Shown in pieces: positions 40,101 through 51,379 of a stretch of 64,000 nt of DNA. Each line of letters starts with the position of its first letter. Position 1 is the first letter of the stretch. Position numbers and translations under genes: made by a program. The DNA lies in NCBI RefSeq assembly GCF_000143415.4, contig NW_003314378.1, forward strand, positions 74,110 to 138,109, given 5' to 3'. The DNA is from Selaginella moellendorffii (lineage: Eukaryota > Plantae > Lycopodiophyta). Below the pieces are notes generated by a model that did no database searches, was not told the origin of the DNA, and was given only the letters and a program-made list of their open reading frames with translations.

Positions 40101-43100
40101 CATTTTGATTATAGATCGTTGTGAATATTCAGACACGAGGACTGAAAAGCGCACTGGTGGCGCGTCGAAGAAGGACAAACAGACAAGCAATAGGAAAAAA
40201 GGAGGTACAAATTATATTTGCAATGGCGTGTGGTCTCATGCCATTCTTTGCAGGAGACACTTCTTCAAAGGCAAAACAGGCAAGCACCAGCCAAGTACAA
40301 TGGATGAGAGGTACCAATCATTTTTGTTATACGTGAATTCTCATGCCATTGCTTCTTGCAGCTCAAATTCCAAAGAGACTAGGGCAAGCAGCGCAGACCT
40401 CACGACAAGAACCTGAAGGTTTGATGGCGTGTGGCCCCACGCAATTAACTAATGTTCTTACAGATCGCGTCGAGGAAATCGAACGGAACAACGTGCCTCC
40501 AGTGGAGGAGGGGGAGGCCTCGGAGAGTGATAAGGAGAGTTCCGAAACAGGTACGATCATGACATATGGCCCCATGCACTTATCTAAGTTTGTATTTCAG
40601 GGGAACGAGTTGAACCAATGGAAAACTGTATGAAAGGTAACTTAAAAATATTATGGGATGTTGCATGTGTTGATGGACAGTTCAAGTGCCAAGGAGACGT
40701 CGTGAACCTCGAATTAAGCTACCTGCAAAACAGCTTTCAGACGCTGTAGACAAAGAGATGGACAACCGACCAGGGCAGAGGAGGAAGGGTAAAAGCATTT
40801 GTGTGCTTATCGCGTATGTCCTCATGCTATTTCTGTAGAACGGGCGTATAAGAAAAAAAAGCGAAAGGGAATTGAGGAGCAGGCACCTGAGGATGCGGAA
40901 GGCACGACAGAGCCTCCAAGGACGGGAAGTAAAGCGTCATGGTTATTGCGTGGGTCCTCATGCCATTTCTTGCAGATCAAGCTCAAACTGACAGTGGTCA
41001 TAAAAAGCGAAAGCACGTTGGACAGTCGTTGGGATCAGAGGCGTTTGATTCGAAAAGGAAGAAGGGAAACGAAAAGATGATAGGTAATGCCTCGCGGTTA
41101 TGGCATGTGTGCTCATGCCATTCATTGCAAATCAAGTGCTGAGTGAAAGCAGCCAGTCACCACCTCCTGACTCAGATTCCTATGGCGGACTCCCCTTCCC
41201 CAATCTCAATGGAGAGGTACAATGGATGAGGGATGCTTTTCAAGTCAGGGCCACGTTTTTCTCATCTCGTTGTCTTCGAAGGGTGCAAGAACGTGCAGAA
41301 ACCATGTTAAGACAGTCGGGTGAGGATACGGTCCTAGGTCACGCACTAAAACAGGCTATGGATGTCTTGTATTTTGAGATGGAGACTCGGCCAGATGATT
41401 TTCCCAAGATGGTCCTGGAAGAACAAGCCATCCAGCCTGAGCAGCCTATGGAAGAAATGCAGGAGGGGGATGACGAGCCAGAGAAAGATAATGAGCAGGA
41501 AGAGCAGAAGGACAAAGAGGAGGACAAAGAAGAGGAGGACGAAGAAGAGGAGGACGAAGAGGACTTGGATGGTCCTCACAATGGTGACGATCACAATAAC
41601 GACAACGACGATGATGACGACGATGGCCAGCCTGAGGTGGCCAAAGAGCAGCGGAGGAAGGTCATACAAGACAAACCATCAGGTAAATAATAGTACATCC
41701 ATTCCTAACCTTTTACCATTTCTAACATTGTCCATGTAGGTTGCAGAGCAAATGGTAAGTAGAGATTATTCAGTTGAATTAAGATACAAACTCTAGCCTT
41801 TAGTGTCGAGGAAGGAAAGTGCCAAGCAAGAGTCGAAATGTATGTCCAATCCTTCAGAATCAGCAGTGCGCCCAAGTGATATCAGTCCTAGTTCCTCAAT
41901 AGCAGTTGATGGTAAATACAGTATAGTTGATTCAATGTGCTAATGAGTTTGTTTTTAGTAGCACGGGAGGATACCATCTCAATCGAAGGGAGATATTTGG
42001 ACATGCATATGGATCCGCCAGTGGACTCTACTTGCTTGCAAGAGTCATCAGAGATGGTGGAGGCTACTATCCATATCAACGCCAAGCAAGCTGACCACGC
42101 TCCACTTGATGCTGCCCATACCACTGAGTCAATCTTGTCCACGTATCCAACTGACGGTGACCAGGCGCCATTGGACCCGCATGAGGCCACCCCAGCCGCC
42201 GAGCCGGTCGTATCCTCATTTCCAACGGACTCAACGTGTGCCCAATCGTCTGACTACGCGCCGTTGGAACCTCCCTACACCGCCCCTGCTGCCTGTTCGG
42301 TCATGTCCACTTTGCCAACGGAGGCACCAGCTGAAATGGCGTGTGATCACACGCCATCGGAACCACCCCATGCCACTGTTGAGCCAGTTGTACCAGAGTC
42401 TACAACTGAAATGGCATGTGCCCACACGCCATCGGATGCGATTGACCCCACATTGCAGAGGAGAGTATTTCCGCCCTTCACGTTTCCTCGACCAAAACCC
42501 TCTCAACGACCATCGGGAGCACCATTCGCTAATATTGTAGATGGTAAAATTGACTTGTACCATTTTTTATGCTGACGCATTTCATTTCAGAGTCACGGAG
42601 AAGGTACTGTATCGTTTTTGATCTGAACGGTGTCCTTTTCTCCCATGAGCGTGGCTCGTCCTCGAATGTCACAGCACCCTCCAAAGCCTACGGTCGCAAG
42701 TTGGTCAAAAGAGACAGATTCACATTAATCACACGGGAGAAACTGCGGGATCTAATAATGACCATGCGACACTTAAAACAGAGGGCCGGGTTCAATTTGC
42801 AATTGGGAGTTTGGACATCCATGATGCGCCACAATGCATTAACGTTGCTACAGATGATGCACGATCAGACGCGAGTAATATTACCATTTGACTTTCTCCT
42901 AACGCAAGAGGATTGCTTGACTATGGTCCATGTGAGGGGTAGCAAGCCCATCTTCGTCAAGCCAGAGGCTGTAGTGATGAACCGGACTGCTAGGTCAAGT
43001 GAAATCCTCATCATCGATGACTCGCCGATTAAAACTGCAGCGAACACACACACATATGCAGTGCACCCCATCTCTTGCAATATGGAAACTAGGGAGAAGA

Positions 43101-43453
43101 AACCGTATGTTCTGGGGGACCTTGCAAAACGGCTTGGAGCGATGGTGATAGAGAACCGGCCAGTCTAGGAGGTGGCTGCAGAAATCAACCAAATGGCAGA
43201 TGGAACGGTATATCAGAAGCCATTTGATCGGACAGACACCAGTCATCATTTATGGCATGTATATTGTCTAGCCAAGCACTATCCGCATCTCCATAATCTG
43301 CTCAACCGAATGGGTTCTTCGACCACTGAACATGAGCGTGGACATATTAGAGAAGAGATGGCATTACTATTGGGTTTAAATCCTGATAGTGTGGAGAGTG
43401 ATGAAATTCCAAGATTATTGTATAGGCGTTGGAGGCAAAAAATAACAGTCTGA
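37141..43453 (+). pseudogene. 17-exon transposon cargo gene (about 1,776 aa): ParB-like, MTase-like fold, acidic/repeat linker, FCP1-type HAD phosphatase
   Basis: ATG|GT at 37141. Exons join in frame: 37383-38561, 38616-39939, 39990-40076, 40133-40204, 40254-40310, 40362-40418, 40464-40550, 40601-40636, 40681-40788, 40839-40928, 40976-41083, 41131-41682, 41740-41754, 41804-41911, 41959-42543, 42591-43453. Motifs AVSGQHS, VFDLNGVL, VWTS, IIDDSPIK. Three premature stops and three CAG>CAA acceptors. Confidence 0.7.
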
Positions 43454-43895
43454 GATGGCATGTATTTATTTAAAAATGTAACTTATTATGGCATGGGGTT
43501 CCATGCCATTGTATTAATATTAAAAGACAATTCTTTGAGAGGATTTGCATTATACTAGAAGTGTTACAGCATGTTATTGGAAGTCTACGAAGTTGTTTTA
43601 TTAATAAGGGGAAAGTAAAGATTGAATGGGGACTTGGGCTCCACCTAGACTCGGAGCAACTGAGCCAATATTAAAAGGATGGAAAGAAATTGGACGACGA
43701 TGACAAGGAGAAGAGAGAGGTGAAGCAGTGGCAGGGGGAGGAAAAGTGATTGAGTAGACATTTCCTTGTTTAAAATAAAATGGCATGTGCCTCAATGCAG
43801 TTGAATTTTGTTATATTTATATACTATATAAAGGTTTGGAAACCTTATTTTACAAGTGGGATAATGACAATTCCCACTTTAACGAAATAGAGCTT

Positions 43896-44742
43896 TAGAG
43901 GCAAAGATTATGAGATATTCGACATTGCTTCTCAGCAGGACTCAACTTCCCTCTAATGAGTCGGGGAGTACCAGAAATATCCATCGGGACCGAAGCAGTA
44001 GGTTCAGGAGTATGCCCCGAAGACTCGAGCTGGGATTCCTGAGTCTGGGACTGAAAAACAGCAGCGTGGCAACTTTCCTAACGACGTTCAAAGAGACGAT
44101 TGTCACATTGAACAGCTTTGTTGATGGCGTCCGATAGGTCCTTGGGATCCTCCATGGTGAGCAACAAATCCTTGACACCGTTGTTGAGACCGAAACGAAA
44201 TTGGTCAATCAGGGCCCGCTCATCCCACTGAGTGTCCAAGGCAAGGAGTTGGAACTCTGCAGCGTAGATCGAGGCAGGACGAGACCCCTGAGAGAGATGT
44301 CTCATCTTTGTGGTAGCAGCCCGAACTTGATCCGTCTTGCCAAAACATGCTTCGAGCTTCTCTTTGAACAATTGAAGATCCATTAGCTCTGGAACCACAA
44401 CCCTTTCATGCTCTTCTCCAGAAGAGGAGAAAACCATGACAAAGCTGCACCTTTGAGAAACGTCCCAATCGCGCTGATTTGAGACTCGGGAGTGGGGTAC
44501 CGCCGATGTTGAAGTGCAAAGATCAGCTCCATCTGGTTCAGAAATCCGCGAAGCTCCGAACACTTGCCTGAAAATTTTGCCGGGAAACTCACCTTCGGTT
44601 CAAGAACTTTGCTGGATCCTTGAGCCAAAAGTGAAGCAAGCTCCTGCTGCATGCGAAGAAGGGTCGCCTTCAGCTTGGTATTCTCAGACTGGATTTTTGC
44701 AAGGACTTCGGCAAAGAAATCAGGATGGCTTGGAGACTCCAT
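43896..44742 (-). pseudogene. Chromovirus gag (frameshifted); zinc knuckle completed at about 30420-30467
   Basis: PAKFSGK.SELRGFLNQ, GAALSWF, LSQGSRPASIYAAEF, QFRFGLN..VKD. Confidence 0.88.
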
Positions 44743-44819
44743 CGGCAAGAAGAAAGAAAAAGGGGGAAAAAGACAACGGCAATCAAACAATCGAAACAAG
44801 CTAAAGCAAAAGCAAAAAA

Positions 44820-44836
44820 CACAATCTGAATCAAAC
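44820..44836 (-). promoter_or_regulatory. Self-complementary primer-binding site
   Basis: Minus-strand GTTTGATTCAGATTGTG directly follows the 5' LTR and complements LTR-internal CACAATCTGAATCAA, located about 25 nt downstream of a TATA-like box. Confidence 0.75.
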
Positions 44837-45185
44837 TATCAAGACCCCCAACAAGATCAAAACTAGAAAATGCAAAAGACAAAGAGAAAAGCTAGTGGAA
44901 AGAAAGAAGAGGCCTTAGACTGGTGTTGATTCAAATTGTGAAGAAATGGAACAAAGCTAACCTATATATACTATAAGTTGATGAAGCTCCACCACTCTTG
45001 GATCGAGGACGGCCTAAATATAGCTGAGGTCGAGGAGGCACCACATCATCATCAGAAATGTGGCTCAAGACTCAGGAATCAGAGAGTCAGGAATAGGGAA
45101 GTGTCTCGAGAGTCAGGAATGTGGTCTGCAGGTCAGGAATCCGGTGAGAGTCAGGAATGTAGCAAGAATTGGGGGATTCTTGACA
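44837..45185 (-). repeat. 5' LTR of the chromovirus
   Basis: Matches 26035-26383 and is followed by TSD CCACC. Confidence 0.95.
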
Positions 45186-47129
45186 CCACCCACACTTGGA
45201 TTGGGAATATCGACCATTTGATGTCCCAAGGGAGGTATAGCCAGCTCCTAAACACTTCACTAAGCTACCCTGTTTGTCTATCCATATTCACTCTAGTCTT
45301 AGACTCTTTAATGGATATATTATCACGCAACACATGGGTATAGCCTTCCTTGGTCACACTAACATTTTCTAGCCAATTTGGCTCTACTGAAGTCCTCCTC
45401 TTACTATACTTTTGGAGCTCACCAAACCCCCTAGGGTCTTAAAGACGAACACTTTGGGCTTTCACCCTCGGATTTAGACTTGGGCTTGGACTTGGGCTCG
45501 GACTTGGACTGGGATTTGGACTCGGACTCAAACTCGGTCTCAGTCTTCGTCTTGGTCTCGGTCTCAATCTCTTTCTTGGCCTCAACCTCAGACTCTATCT
45601 CAGGTCCATCTCGAACTTGATCTTAGACTCCATCTCAAACTCCATCATAGGTCTATCTCAGACTCCACCTCAGGTCCATCTCAGATCCATCTTAGACTCT
45701 ATCTTACACTTCATCTCAGGTCCATCTCGGGTCCATATTGAACTCCATCTCATATCCATCTCAAACTTCTTCTTGGAGACCATTTCAGATGCCATCTCAA
45801 GTATATATTAGACTCCATCTTAGGTCCATCTCAAACTCCTTAGACTCCATCTTGGAAACCCATCTTGGATCTATCTCAGACTCCATCTCGAATTCTATTT
45901 TAACACTTCTATGTGTCATGTATTGGTCCTTTTATGTCCCTTTTCTAGAGACTCACTTACTACTTACTTCGTACTTATTCCTTAAGCACTTCATTGGGAG
46001 TTCCACTCCCACTCTCGACTGTTCAAGTTAGAGTTTTTAGTCCAAACATGTTATGTTTGTTTGGCTTCTGCTTCAGCCACTACCACGTGGTACCCTTTGG
46101 GCTCCCGTTTGGGGCTTAGGGATTTATGTCTCACACAATTGCAGCAACACTAATAAGAAGTTGTTGACACCAAGGTCTCCACCTAAGAAATGGAGGTCAT
46201 CTATCCAGAAAACACCGACATTATTGATAAGTGTGACCAACTTCATCACACACTTAGCAATGGACATCACAACTATGACCATATCTTCGCTTTTGTCCTT
46301 GAACTTAGGCGGTAGCAGCATCAACCTCCATTGAAACAAGACCATCTCCCATAAGAAGTGAAACTGAAGGATGTGCAACAAGAAGTGGAAGAAGTGATGT
46401 TTTATAATATTATGCTAAATGAAGAGCATTGTTAAAGGTAACTAAAGTAAGTGCATGCACAAGTCTTACAAGATCTTGACGAAGTGCTAGCTACAACATT
46501 CCCAACTTAATCTACTTTAATATTTGGCTTCACACAAAATCGAATGCCACATTGCATTATTAATTCATATGGCTCTTGATGAAGATAATGCAATTGTTGA
46601 AAGGCATCATCTCAATCATCAATATGTCTATATGCACGGTTGAAGACATCCAAGGGAACACTTTAATCCACACAAGTGGCTATGCTTAAACCATTGTACC
46701 ATTGTAGTGCATCCCTTAGAAACAAGTGGGAAATCATGCAAATGCTAAGCATCATCAATATGTGGCAATCATCGTAAAGTGATCAAACCAATGATACACA
46801 TCATCCTCAATATTCTCATAGAAGAACTCTGGCCAAATGCAAGGATTGGCAACAAGAGCAAGAGTTGTACCATACACCATAAATACCACTATCAATTGAG
46901 TCTAATTGTTCAATTACAACCATATAATATCGAACAACTGCACCAACTATTGCTCTAGAGTCAAAGGAGGAGGAAGTTATTACTCTACTATAAAGATGAA
47001 CAAATAGGGAAAAGCAAAATAGAAGAGTGAAGAAGAAGAAGGAAAGTTAATATAAAAGCTAGATCAAAACTAAAATTTCAAATCCAAGCACTCTTTAGAG
47101 ACAATCCCTTTCACCTCCACTAATGTGAA

Positions 47130-47296
47130 TGCATGGAATATGGAAAGGGAATACTGAAATGTGTATATCCATTAGCCAAAAAACCATAGTTTATATATAA
47201 GAGTGAGTGGTTTGGATTAAAACCAATCCCATGGCTATCAAAATCCCACTATACTAATATTAATATATAATATCGTAACTGTATATTTGCCCATCC
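47130..47296 (-). repeat. LTR fragment homologous to 13908-14065
   Basis: Reverse-complement similarity (GGAATATGGAAAGGGAATAC...AAAATCCCACTA). Confidence 0.75.
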
Positions 47297-50200
47297 TTAA
47301 TTCTTTAAAATTTCTAAAATAACACCTAGTTTGCCTCTAAAGTTCTAAAGCAATAAAAATATTGCATTGGTATAGGAAGTAACGAATTTATAGCTAAAGT
47401 GTTAATCATGTCCAACTAGTTAGTATAAATATCTAAAATTTGTTAAGGTAGATGCCATCAAAATGTGGTTACAAGCTCCATTAGAACTACAATACATCAA
47501 ATTATCTATTATTATGATAGTACATAGCAAAAAACAAATGTTAAATGATGACACCAAATTTAAAACAACCTCTATCTATATAGTGGCAATGGATACCCAT
47601 GTTTACCCTCAGGCTTGTATGATGAATGTGGCATTTGTGGTTTTAGAAAATGAAAACATCTAATTTAATTAGGGGTTTGATTGGATGATTCCCATCTTTG
47701 CTCCATTTTTTCTTCATGGATTTCAAAGCCTTTTGACACATCTATACTCACTTTTAAGTCCATTAAATTAAGCTTCTTTTTGTGAGTTTTAAATAAGAGT
47801 GATGCTAATGCAAACTTCATCAACCATGAGCTTACACTGTCTCATAGCATTTTCTTTTACTAGCAAAACATCTATTTTATATTGAGGTGGTGGACTGTTA
47901 ACAAATCTTCTTTGAGCTCATCACACACAACATTGAGGTAATAATGTAGGTGATAACATTAAAGACTTGTTATAGCATCTCCTTTAATATTATCTCCATC
48001 TTGAAAACCTTCATTATTTTTTATCTCTTGTAGTTTGAGTTGGTGAACCTAACAATAGATTGAAAGCAACATAATATTGATTGAACCATTTTCCCTTTTT
48101 TTAAGTATATTATTATCCTTTTCTAATTTCAATTTCTCACATTTCTTTGTATGAGTTCTGAGATGCTAGCTGTCAAGATCCTCATTCTGTTTTGCATTTA
48201 TTGTTCATCTAACATTAGCTTTATCTATCATGATTAAATCCAGTCTTCCCTTCAAATATGCCAATTTCAAAGATGCTTGTTGACAAAAGGAAAGCTAACA
48301 TTTTGCCATCATATCAATCTTGTGGAGGGGAAATCACCACTATTTTATTTTATCTACAATCTTTCATCAATAGAGTTATAGGTGTTATATAGGCATATCT
48401 ATTACAAATGTGTCAGTGTAGTATCAAAAGTTATATATTGGCTTATCTTTCTGGATATTCTCCTTTTATTACCATGATAGTAGAAGATTGGTATTGTTAT
48501 ACTCTTTATCAGTTTCTACCTAAGCTAGTTGAGAAATGAGTTAGTAAATATGTGCTTAGACTGGAAGAACACTAAGGACAGAAATCTTAAACTATTATTT
48601 AATCAAGTATATTTGATACGGTGATGAGAAACTCATATTATTATATTACACTTGGTAATGTTATGAACCCTCATAGTCCCTCAATATTCCCTTCATCGAG
48701 GAGGCAAATGGGGCTTATGCAAAATTCTAAATATATAGTAAAGAGAATGGGTAAGTAGGGCTTAGTTAAGCAACTTGATATATTGTCTAGCTCTTTACTA
48801 AGTATATTTATCTTTGTTTTATATCTAGTTTAGATGTCCATACTATGCTAGCTAATGGGGTACTTATATCCTTGTGTATAGGCTATTTATATGTTGAAAT
48901 AATATCAAATTTTGTTTAGCTTTTTTTTGCATGCTAATTTTGATCTTAAAAGCTATAGGACTATTCTAATATTGTTCCATGTTCATATTCCTTAGTGATC
49001 ATATTTCAGAGTTGATTTTTTATCTTGGTCATATTTTTAAGAGTTGTAGATTTCTATTGGCAATGTACACTTAAGCTTGGTCTTACACCACTTTATGGCT
49101 ATATCAGTGGGTGATGATATAACCCTGAGGAGTTTAAGGCTAGATTAAACACAAATAGACAAGTGGGGTAATTTAGTGAAGTGTTCAAAAACTAACTTTA
49201 GCTCCCCCAATATATTAAATGGTCAATGCTCCCAATCTAAGTGTGGTTAATACTACTTACTTGGATACATTATATGGCTCATTAGAACCTCACTCTAACC
49301 ACATGGCTAGGGCATCCTAGTGGTAGAAGATGGGGAGGGTATTCACAAGGCTTGCATTGGGCTGTGATGTTTCGAAATGTGTCCTCTATGTATTGGGGCA
49401 TTATAAAAATATTAAGGTGCAATTATGGGATAATCACTCATGGATGGATGTCTTAGTCTTGGAAAGACAAGATTGTGTTGTAAGTGGTCTTAGATTACTA
49501 ATGTTGAAATGTTCTAATGAGCCAATCATGAAAAATGGTTCTCTTGATTAATGACCAAAGGTATAGTCATGTAGTGAGGAAGGCCCACGAGTCAATGGGA
49601 TTTAGTGGTTGGGCCTTTGGGCCTTGACCCAGTGGCAGTGTTGGCAAACACTACAATTGATGAAAAGGGATTTAGTGGGGACCAAAAGAGGGATATTGAG
49701 GGATGGTGTCCTCTATGTATTGGGGCATTATAAAAATATTAAGGTGCAATTATGGGATAATCACTCATGGATGGATGTCTTAGTCTTGGAAAGACAAGAT
49801 TGTGTTGTAAGTGGTCTTAGACTACTAATGGGACAAAATCAACTGGATATAATAGATTGAAATATTAGTGGTACCTTTGGATGTTGGAAGTGAGATTGAA
49901 TATGTGAAATATTTGGATTAAGTGCCAAGCCAATGTGGTCTTGAGATTACATATGGGGGTAAACAAGTACCCTAAGGTAGATGAGGATCTATAGAGATTG
50001 TTGTAAGCCACAAATTTTTCATTTCCAATTCGTCAGCTTACCTTGTCTATCTGACTAACACCGCCTTGGCCTTTGCTAAATTCCCTCGCCAAAATTCCTA
50101 CCTATTGTACCAGCTCCTACTTGGTCCTATTTGGTTTCAGCTACTCACTACACGAGCAACGGAGTATTAGCCATCCATCCATGGATTCCCAAATTTTTCC

Positions 50201-50419
50201 CAATCCCCCTCCCCGGGTTAGACTAGATTTAAGGCTACACTCCCCGCAGGCACAAGCACTCAAGCACACCAAACTTTTAGGTTCCTAACATCCTTTGGTA
50301 TAACAATGCTTTATCATGGGACCTTCTAAATCCCAAACCTTAGGTGCAACACTTGCGTCAGGATGCCGAGGGAAAACACCGTGGCCTAATGGCTTGGTAT
50401 AGGTACCTCTACCCCCCCA

Positions 50420-51127
50420 ACCCAGTATTATTCAAACCCAAGGACGTTTAACCCTAAGTATCCCAAGACCTTTAACCGATTGGAAAAAGGGGTGCACTTT
50501 TATTCATGGGCCCTTTCTCTCTATATTTGAACCTCATGGATCATCTCTCAAGTTTTTCTCTTTAGTTGCTTACAATCCACCACGCTTCCCTACAAATTCA
50601 CGCCTTCATGAACGGAAGCTAAGAGCCGCAACTCTCCCGAGAGCCCCGCTCTCTTGACACCCTATCCCTCGGGTCGAGCCCAGCGGGAGCAAACTGGACT
50701 TGCCAAATGTCAATCAATATATGGTATGATTCCCCTAGCCAACCTATCCCTTGGGTCGAGCCCAGCGGGAATAAACTGGACCTGCCAAATGTCAATCAAC
50801 ATATGGTATGATTCCCCTAGCCAACCTATCCCTCGGGTCGAGCCCAGCGGGAGCAAATTGGACCTGCCAAATGTCAATTAACATATAGTATGATTCCCCT
50901 AGCTAACCAACAGAGTTGGACCTAAGACCCCTCTGATACCAAATGTAAGCTCCTGAATTTAGACTTCCTGGGAGGTCACCCAACTCAATACTATTCAAAC
51001 CTAAGGACACTTAACCCCAAATATCCCAAGACCCTTAACTGATTGAAAAAGGGTATTCATGGGCTCTTTCTCTTTATATTTGAACCCTATGAATCGTCTT
51101 TCAAGTCATTCTCTTTAATTGCTTACA
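50420..51127 (-). mobile_element. Cassandra TRIM with one truncated LTR and three 82-bp internal tandem repeats
   Basis: LTR 50944-51127, perfect PBS TGGTATCAGAG, partial LTR about 50420-50574, repeats at 50661, 50743 and 50825. Confidence 0.85.
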
Positions 51128-51379
51128 GGAAGGCCCAAGCCCCTAGGAAGGGCAAGGACCAATGAGCCGCAAGGTACTCAAGTGGGGCACCACTTTACAT
51201 GAATTGGGAACACCATAGTTGGTTTCCCTTCCGAGAGTGGGAGCTGCTCTTAAGCACTTCCTTGGGTGGCCCCTCTGGCACCACCTGAGTCTATGCTCAC
51301 TCCCACCCAAAGCCCCTTGGCCCCAGTCTCAACCTCAAGTCAGTTTGGAAGTACCATTGGAGAGTTCCTTCAAGACTAG

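Larger units (their letters stand above)
30694..43801. repeat. Dispersed 22-bp palindrome ATGGCRTG-N6-CAYGCCAT, about 30 copies
   Basis: Examples start at 31099, 31699, 31859, 32005, 34992, 35062, 37169, 37246, 38583, 40223, 40424, 41100, 42336, 42411 and 43488. Confidence 0.92.
30468..43895. mobile_element. 13.4-kb TIR DNA transposon (Sola-like) carrying a large cargo gene
   Basis: 24-bp TIRs AAGCT(T/C)TATTTCGTTAAAGTGGGA with 1 mismatch, TSD TAGA. Removing it restores the gag zinc knuckle CLYCADPNHKVAVC. Confidence 0.9.
26035..45185 (-). mobile_element. Full-length Ty3/gypsy chromovirus (Tcn1/Tf1-sushi-like), interrupted by nested insertions
   Basis: 349-bp LTRs at 26035-26383 and 44837-45185, about 13 differences, TSD CCACC. 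PPT TGAGGAGGGAGTGC. Order is gag, PR (LLDSGA), RT (YLDD at about 29047-29058), RNase H, INT, chromodomain. Confidence 0.95.

Noticed and set aside
30694-43801. Palindromes as a CRISPR array or MITEs
   Set aside because: Spacing is irregular, the sequence between copies is exon or UTR, and there are no TSDs around individual copies.
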